Shown here piece after piece: positions 25,094 through 31,290 of a stretch of DNA of 31,290 nt (positions are counted from its first letter, which is position 1; each line of letters opens with the position of its first letter). Origin of the DNA: a virus. Its lineage: Duplodnaviria > Caudoviricetes. The stretch is from the IMG/VR virus record IMGVR_UViG_3300007734_000563, positions 1 to 31,290 of that record; one strand, written 5' to 3'. Made by a program: the position numbers and the translations under genes. The notes below the pieces were generated by a model, which worked only from the letters and a program-made list of their open reading frames with translations, made no database searches and was not told where the DNA came from.

Positions 25094-26026
25094 ATGTCTA
25101 GAATATTAAGAAGACCAATGTTCAGAGGTGGATCAGCAAATGAAGGTATAATGTCTGTACCTAGAAAAAAATATGAAGAAGCTGGTTTTGTAAATGAAGA
25201 AGAAGTTGGTAATGATGAAAGTCTTTTACAAAGTGGAACAATTACTTCTAATATTAATATCCCACAAATTAAATCTGAAACAAATAATATACGGCAAAAA
25301 AATAAAACATACAAAGCTCTTGGACAAGATATAGAAGAAGGTTCATATGGAGATGTATTACTTAAAGAATATTTAGGTAATAGACCAGATCCACTTGGTA
25401 AATTTTTAATTAACTTTGGTTTAAATTATATGTCAGCTAGGCCAAGAGGTGGTAAATTTGGTGCGTTAACAACCGCTGCTGAAGCTGCTAAAAAACCTAC
25501 AGAACAATTATACGCAGATATAGACACAGATAGATTATTAAAATTAAAATTAATGGGTGCGCTTTCTAAAAGCGACTCTAAAGTTGCATTAGAAAAAGAA
25601 GCAAGATTACTTGTTGAACAATATCCTGAAAAATATCCAAATATGAAGACAGCATTAGCAGAACTTATGAGAATAAGAGCAGAGAAAAAAGGAACTACAC
25701 CTGAAGAGAGAATTGCTGCAAGAGAAAAATCATTTGAAACAGATTCTGCTGGAGTTAAAAGAGTTAAAGCAACACTCTTTGAATTAGGTATACCTAAATT
25801 AGGTAAAGAAGAAAAGAATGTAGATTTAGGAAATACATTTATTGGTGATTCAGTAAAAAGTGAATTAGTTCAAAAACCTAATTCAACAGATGCGCAAATT
25901 GCAACACCTCCACAAAATATAGATAAAATATATAAAGTAGGCAAAATCTACATAGATATTAATTCAAGAAACGCTTATAAATACGCAGGATCAAATACTT
26001 TTAGATTTGTTCAGTCATTAGAATAG
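25094..26026 (+). CDS. Internal virion/ejection protein
   Basis: MSRILRRPMFRGG N-terminus; FLINFGLN; lies between the pilot gene and the large internal protein gene. Confidence 0.6.
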   Translation: MSRILRRPMFRGGSANEGIMSVPRKKYEEAGFVNEEEVGNDESLLQSGTITSNINIPQIKSETNNIRQKNKTYKALGQDIEEGSYGDVLLKEYLGNRPDPLGKFLINFGLNYMSARPRGGKFGALTTAAEAAKKPTEQLYADIDTDRLLKLKLMGALSKSDSKVALEKEARLLVEQYPEKYPNMKTALAELMRIRAEKKGTTPEERIAAREKSFETDSAGVKRVKATLFELGIPKLGKEEKNVDLGNTFIGDSVKSELVQKPNSTDAQIATPPQNIDKIYKVGKIYIDINSRNAYKYAGSNTFRFVQSLE

Positions 26027-26033
26027 GAGTTTT

Positions 26034-29000
26034 ATGCAAGAAGAAAACTTCGAAAGCATTGAAGAATTAAAGAATGCAGAAGATAATCAAGTATTTTCTA
26101 AAGTAGATAAAGAAATATCAGAAAAAGATTTTCCACAATACAGTGAATTTCCGGTTGAACCAACTCCAGATGGTTTAAGTTATAAGGCACCAAAACCTAC
26201 AGTCGAGCGTCGAGAACCTACAATTGCAGAAAGACTTGCACAAGGTCCTAAATATAAAGATAGATCTAAATTAGAAGCTGCTATATTTGGTCCTGATATA
26301 GAATTACAAGGTGATTTTGGAATACCTGCTCAAAGAGTTGTTGAAAGACTTTATAGAAAAGCAACAGGTAAAGAAGTAGAACCTGTAGATAATTTTTCAA
26401 CAACTGAATCAATGGTTGCTGGATTAATAGATGGAAATGTTAAACTAGTTAAATTTCCAGTTAACATTGCATCAGAAGTAATTGATTTTGCAAGGGGATC
26501 TGGAGTTTCTCCAGATAAAAGTGCAGTTGCAAAAGTAGAAAAATATTTTAACGATAGTATCATTGGTAAAATTGGTACAGAGGCAGAGGACATTGCATTT
26601 CAAGATGCTGCAGGTAAATTAACTTCAGCAGCAGTTCAAATATTTGGACTTGCTAAACCAACTCAAATGTTAACCGATTGGGGATTTAAAACTGCAAATA
26701 GATATTTTCAAGCAGCTAAATTAAATCAAGTAGCGACAGGTAGCAAGAATTTAGAACGAGCAACAAAAGAAGCATTAAGATTAAATCAATTAAGTGGTAA
26801 ACAAAAGTTTGCATCTTTTATGATTGGTGGTGGTCTTGGTATGGCTGCTGTTGCAGATCCTGAAGAGTTTGGAACATTATCTGAATTATTAAAGGGAACA
26901 AGATTTGAAGGAACATTAGGAGTTCTTGGATTAGATAGAGAAAGAAAACAAGATCCAAGAGATGAAGCAGCTAGAAGACTTTGGAATAGAACTAAACTAG
27001 GAATAGAACAAGGTTTAATAACTTGGCCAATTTTATTTATAGGTGGAAAAATTGGTAACATTGTAAATAAACAATCAAAAGATGTTTACGCAAGTAATGA
27101 TGATTTAAATAGATGGATTGAAAAATATCTTGTATCCCCATTTAGATCAAGAGGAGTAAAATCAGAAGAACTTTTTGAAGAAATGCAAAGAGTTAAAGGT
27201 AAAATGTCTGCAGGGCAAGTACAGGGTATAGATTTAATAAAAGACATAGATGCAGCACTTCTTAAAATTTCAAAAGAAGCTGGTATAAGTAAAGGAACAC
27301 CAGAGTTAAAAAGATTAATTGGAAGAATGGATGAATTACTTGTTACAGGTAACGATGTTATTAAAGGAAAAGAATTTTTATTTAAAGGTTTTGATCCTAA
27401 AAAATTATCTGAATTTAAAAAATTTGCATCAACAGAAGTAGGATTAGCTTCTGATCAGATAGAAAGATTAATTGCACAACTTGCAAATGCAAGAAATGCA
27501 TTTAATAATTATAAGAATACATTTTTTGGTGGTGGTAATATAAATGTAGCAGCTAATGAATTTGCTAAAATTATGTCTGAAAGAATGCAAAACGTTTGGA
27601 CATCGGAATATAGAATATTTGAAGATAATTTTAAATTGTTTCCATGGTTAAATTATAAACCAATTCAATCTAATTTAGATGAAGCAAAACAAGTATTAGG
27701 ACGTTATGCAGCTCAAAATGGAGTTAGATTAACTGATGAACAATTAGATGATCAATTAAAAACAATATTAAAAGAAGTAAGAAGAGATCCTTTAACAGGG
27801 GCTCCAGAATTTCCTTTATATAATCAAAGTGTATTAGCAGAAGATGGAATACAATATATTAACATGGCTAAAAGTTTTGAAGGTGGAAGATTTAAACCAA
27901 GTGAATTTTTTAAAAAAGAAGAAGATGTTAGAAAATTTCAAAGATTATTCGGACAAAAAAGAGATTTAAGGAATACAATTATAAGTACAATGTCTGATCT
28001 TTCAACACTTACTGCAAAAGATACATTTTATAATAATATTTTAAAACTTAATGATGATTTAATAAAACAAAAAAGACCTGGAGTGTTTTATGATAGTCCA
28101 ACAGCTGCAAGAAGTGGATTAAGAAATACTATAGGTGGTGAAGATATTATAACTACTAAAGGCGGATTAAATATAAAATCTCCAATAGGAGAAGAAGTTT
28201 ATACAAATCCATTAAATGGTAAGTATACTTCTAAACCATATGCTGATGCTTTAAATTTTTCTGAAAAAATATTATTTGATGAACTAGCAAGAAATACTTG
28301 GTATCAACATTTAGTTCTTATTCCAAAAGGATTAACACAAATTTCAAAAACTGTGTTAGGTCCATTTACTCATACAAGGAATTTTATAACTCAAGGACAA
28401 TTTGTTTTAGCAAACGGTAATTTATTTAAAGATCCTAGAAAAATAGTTGATAATTTTAAACGAGCTTTTAATACAATTCAACCACAATTAATTTACAGAA
28501 ACTTACCAAAAGATCAAGCAATGGCCAGATTTTTAATGGAAGAAGGTATTATGAGCTCAAGTGCTATCGCTACTGATATATCTGGTTTAATGGATGATAT
28601 GTCTAAAACAGGTGATGTATATTCTAGACTATTTGGAAAATTTGGAAATAAAATGAAAGATATATATAAATTTGCTTTTGATTTATATGTTGCTGAAGAC
28701 GATATTTGGAAAGTCTATAGTACATTTGCTGAATTTGATAATTACAAAAACCTTTACACTAATGCCGTTAAATCAGGGAAACTTAAAAATATGCCTTCTG
28801 ATTTACAAATTATGAAACAAGCTACAAAAGTTGTAAGAGATACTTTACCAAATTATGGGTATGTAGGCGATTTTGTTAAATCAATGAGAAGAACTCCGCT
28901 TGGAAACTTTATGTCTTGGCCTGCATCAGTTATAAGATCTGGATTAAAAACATTTGAACTTGCACAAAAAGAAATAAGAGATCCTGTACTTCATTCACAA

Positions 29001-30314
29001 GGTGTAAAAAGAATGATGACTTTTGGAACTGTTACTGCAGCTGCATTACCTGCTATTCAATCTATGGTACATGGAGCATTTGGTATTACAAATAAAATGG
29101 TAGCGGCTTCTAGATTTTTTGTTCCTGATTTTTCTAGAAACTCAACTCTTATATTAACACAAGATGCTGATGGTAATTTTAAATATATAGATGGAAGTGG
29201 ATCATTTGTTTACGATACTTTAACATCTCCTTTCCAATCTATTATTGCAGAAATTAATATATCAACTGGATATGATCCAAAAGCTCCAATTATTCCTGCA
29301 ACATATAAAGGATTAATTAGAGGAATTGGTAAGTTAATGGAACCATTTATTAGTGAATCTATTTGGCTAGAAACATTTAACAATTTAGTAATTAGAAAAG
29401 GTGTAACGCCAGATGGTAGAAGATTATGGAATCCAGAAATGGATAATCCTGATAAAGTAATAGAAGCTTTAAAATATTTTATAGAACAAACTGCGCCAGG
29501 ATCTTATAAACAATCCGTTCGTTTAAAAAAAGCAATTACAGGAGAACCTGGTGAAAGAGGTGAAAAATATGAAATTGATGATGAAGTAGCTGGTTTTTAT
29601 GGTTTAAGACAAATTAAATTAGAGCCACTTAAAAAAATGGATTTTAAATTAAATGAATATCAAAAAGCAGTTGCTGATGCTCGTAAAATATTTACGGTGC
29701 CTGCACAAAAAGGTGGTGTTGAATATGGTGATGATTTTATAGAAAAATTCTATTACGCTAATAGAAAAAAATATGAAGCTATGAGTAATTTAAAAATTAC
29801 AAATGAAATGGCTGAAACATTAAATGTAAATAAAAATCAGTTAGCTAAAGTATACAACGATAGAAATTTATTAAAAGATTATAAATATTTAGAATCAGAT
29901 AAATTTAAACCATACAGTATAAGTAAACCGTTAAGACAAAAAACTGAAGAGATATATAAAGAATTATCTACTGAATTTGATAACATTGAAATACCTAGAA
30001 CATTAAGTAATGAAACATTAAACAGTTTATCAAGAATGATTAATGAAATGTCTAGAGTTCCGTTAGGAGAAAATTTAGGTAACTATATTAATATTGATGA
30101 TTACTTAAATGGTGACAGACCTTCGTTGCTAGGACCGAGAAGCGAGGGACCAGTTAATGTACAACCATTACCACTACAACCACAACCAAATCCACAAGTA
30201 GTATCTAAACCACCAGTAGTTCCTGGTTTACAAACAGGCTTGACAGCAACTGAAACTGGGTTATTAACGGATGCTGAAAAAGCAATTAGATTAAGACAAC
30301 AAGGATTAGCGTAA
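26034..30314 (+). CDS. Large internal virion (ejectosome-type) protein, 1426 aa
   Basis: Uninterrupted ORF; AGGAG RBS; PLGNFMSWP and THTRNF motifs typical of large podovirus internal proteins; Pro-rich tail. Confidence 0.7.
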   Translation: MQEENFESIEELKNAEDNQVFSKVDKEISEKDFPQYSEFPVEPTPDGLSYKAPKPTVERREPTIAERLAQGPKYKDRSKLEAAIFGPDIELQGDFGIPAQRVVERLYRKATGKEVEPVDNFSTTESMVAGLIDGNVKLVKFPVNIASEVIDFARGSGVSPDKSAVAKVEKYFNDSIIGKIGTEAEDIAFQDAAGKLTSAAVQIFGLAKPTQMLTDWGFKTANRYFQAAKLNQVATGSKNLERATKEALRLNQLSGKQKFASFMIGGGLGMAAVADPEEFGTLSELLKGTRFEGTLGVLGLDRERKQDPRDEAARRLWNRTKLGIEQGLITWPILFIGGKIGNIVNKQSKDVYASNDDLNRWIEKYLVSPFRSRGVKSEELFEEMQRVKGKMSAGQVQGIDLIKDIDAALLKISKEAGISKGTPELKRLIGRMDELLVTGNDVIKGKEFLFKGFDPKKLSEFKKFASTEVGLASDQIERLIAQLANARNAFNNYKNTFFGGGNINVAANEFAKIMSERMQNVWTSEYRIFEDNFKLFPWLNYKPIQSNLDEAKQVLGRYAAQNGVRLTDEQLDDQLKTILKEVRRDPLTGAPEFPLYNQSVLAEDGIQYINMAKSFEGGRFKPSEFFKKEEDVRKFQRLFGQKRDLRNTIISTMSDLSTLTAKDTFYNNILKLNDDLIKQKRPGVFYDSPTAARSGLRNTIGGEDIITTKGGLNIKSPIGEEVYTNPLNGKYTSKPYADALNFSEKILFDELARNTWYQHLVLIPKGLTQISKTVLGPFTHTRNFITQGQFVLANGNLFKDPRKIVDNFKRAFNTIQPQLIYRNLPKDQAMARFLMEEGIMSSSAIATDISGLMDDMSKTGDVYSRLFGKFGNKMKDIYKFAFDLYVAEDDIWKVYSTFAEFDNYKNLYTNAVKSGKLKNMPSDLQIMKQATKVVRDTLPNYGYVGDFVKSMRRTPLGNFMSWPASVIRSGLKTFELAQKEIRDPVLHSQGVKRMMTFGTVTAAALPAIQSMVHGAFGITNKMVAASRFFVPDFSRNSTLILTQDADGNFKYIDGSGSFVYDTLTSPFQSIIAEINISTGYDPKAPIIPATYKGLIRGIGKLMEPFISESIWLETFNNLVIRKGVTPDGRRLWNPEMDNPDKVIEALKYFIEQTAPGSYKQSVRLKKAITGEPGERGEKYEIDDEVAGFYGLRQIKLEPLKKMDFKLNEYQKAVADARKIFTVPAQKGGVEYGDDFIEKFYYANRKKYEAMSNLKITNEMAETLNVNKNQLAKVYNDRNLLKDYKYLESDKFKPYSISKPLRQKTEEIYKELSTEFDNIEIPRTLSNETLNSLSRMINEMSRVPLGENLGNYINIDDYLNGDRPSLLGPRSEGPVNVQPLPLQPQPNPQVVSKPPVVPGLQTGLTATETGLLTDAEKAIRLRQQGLA
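26197..26224 (+). repeat. Degenerate heptamer array (CTACagt CGAGcgt CGAGaac CTACaat)
   Basis: C-N-A-[G/C] at 7-bp spacing, 4 units. Confidence 0.45.
30129..30156 (+). repeat. Heptamer array, 4 x CNAGnnn
   Basis: CTAGgac CGAGaag CGAGgga CCAGtta. Confidence 0.75.
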
Positions 30315-30535
30315 TGGGTAACGGAAAAAAACCAGAAACAACTGGAGAACATATTGTAGCTCTTTATGGCCACATAACTGGGGTTAAAAGAGATATACAA
30401 GAGTTAAGACAAGAATCTTCAGAAAAACATTCCAATTTTGAAAGAAAGTTTGACAAATTAACTTGGTGGATCATTGGTGGACTTGGATCAACCATAGCAT
30501 TGTTACTAACACTATCTTTCAATTTATTAAAATAA
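30314..30535 (+). CDS. Small coiled-coil + C-terminal TM protein (XhlA-like/lysis-accessory)
   Basis: Coiled coil followed by WWIIGGLGSTIALLLTL; TAATG coupling. Confidence 0.7.
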   Translation: MGNGKKPETTGEHIVALYGHITGVKRDIQELRQESSEKHSNFERKFDKLTWWIIGGLGSTIALLLTLSFNLLK

Positions 30536-30574
30536 ACCATTGATTATAGTTTTAAAAAACTATATTAGGCGCTT

Positions 30575-31153
30575 ATGGATAATAAAGTTTTAGTTCACAA
30601 ACATCTTATTATAAGAGCAGAAGCATACAATCCTCCGATGGAAGAAGATTATCTAAAGTGGTGGTTTGAAAAATTTATAAAAGAAATTGGAATGAAAGTG
30701 ATGATGGGACCATATATTAAATATTCTAACATGATTGGTAATCGTGGAATTACAGGAGCTGCAATTATAGAAACATCTCATATAGTAATGCATGTTTGGG
30801 ATGAACCTAATCCAGCATTATTACAGTTTGATGTTTATTCATGTGGTGAATTTGATCCTGAAACAATATGTAATAAAATTAAAAAAGATTTTGATACTTC
30901 AAAAATAGAATATAAATTTTTAGATAGAGAAAATGATTTACAAGAAATACACACAATAAGTTTTACGGATCATATGATAGCAAGAAACTATCAAAATAAA
31001 GAAATAGAAAAGAAAAACAATGCATTGTTAAAAAGTAGAAAAGAAGTTGAGATTAATGGTAGTGGCACACATGGATATAGAATTAAAGAAGGTATTCATA
31101 AAGGCACAGTTGTTGGCCATATTACAAGAGAAAAATCAGTACTTGAAAATTAA
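30575..31153 (+). CDS. speD: SpeD-family pyruvoyl-dependent decarboxylase with a C-terminal extension
   Basis: HKHLII, GITGAAIIETSHIVMHVWDE, LQFDVYSCGEF. Confidence 0.8.
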   Translation: MDNKVLVHKHLIIRAEAYNPPMEEDYLKWWFEKFIKEIGMKVMMGPYIKYSNMIGNRGITGAAIIETSHIVMHVWDEPNPALLQFDVYSCGEFDPETICNKIKKDFDTSKIEYKFLDRENDLQEIHTISFTDHMIARNYQNKEIEKKNNALLKSRKEVEINGSGTHGYRIKEGIHKGTVVGHITREKSVLEN

Positions 31154-31227
31154 TAAATAATCTTTATATATCTCCAAGACTGCATCATGTGGATGGGTCA
31201 ATTAACTTGCTTTAATAGGAGATAATT

Positions 31228-31290
31228 ATGACAAACCTAGAAGTTTTCAATAATTTAAGCAAACAAATGTTCAATGGATCAACAAAGTTT
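31228..31290 (+). CDS. 5' end of a gene, possibly a small heat-shock protein (Hsp20); truncated
   Basis: AGGAG RBS; MTNLEVFNNLSKQMFNGSTKF... resembles the Phe/Asn-rich N-arm of phage Hsp20. Only 21 codons are visible. Confidence 0.4.
   Translation, partial: MTNLEVFNNLSKQMFNGSTKF

Noticed and set aside
3574-30400. Other nested ORFs in the track (3574, 8181, 8325, 14460, 15152, 18639, 19360, 19689, 23302, 23921, 25084, 26351, 26786, 30101)
   Set aside because: They lie wholly or largely within well-supported genes in another frame or strand, with no independent evidence.
1-31290. CRISPR array, tRNA, integrase/att site, IS element, intron or intein
   Set aside because: I saw no repeat-spacer pattern, no intergenic space with a cloverleaf, and no recombinase, transposase or splicing motifs by eye.

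Overview
This window is about 31 kb of an AT-rich tailed-phage genome, podovirus-like in organisation. It resembles uncultured aquatic phages of streamlined alphaproteobacteria (SAR11/LD12-type hosts), but the host is my inference. Almost all genes are on the + strand, in this order: a 3-TM holin; a cluster of small Lys/Arg-rich proteins; GroES; scaffold; a head accessory gene broken by a local frameshift; a gpT-like HK97-type major capsid protein; head-tail joining proteins; a repeat-rich fibre; three tandem tail-collar fibre paralogues; a very AT-rich mixed-strand island (five 2OG-Fe(II) oxygenases, an APS-kinase-like protein, an HxGH nucleotidyltransferase, a sulfotransferase); tail nozzle; two glycosyltransferases; four ejection/internal proteins; a SpeD-like decarboxylase; and the start of a probable Hsp20. 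I found no tRNA, CRISPR array, integrase or reverse transcriptase. The most notable unexplained signals are: (1) a promoter-driven 5' leader at 6423-6492 that folds into a kissing/double-pseudoknot structure covering the RBS; (2) a shared xxxGG peptide motif and a second [RKQ]GxG motif across the small basic proteins and an ejection protein, suggesting a head-targeting or maturation-cleavage code; (3) GC-rich 7-bp-period CNAG arrays hidden inside coding regions; (4) a candidate minimal sulfation/hydroxylation/glycosylation toolkit beside the fibre genes; (5) a 122-bp near-perfect repeat spanning fibre gene junctions. Family assignments are from motif recognition by eye; no searches were run.
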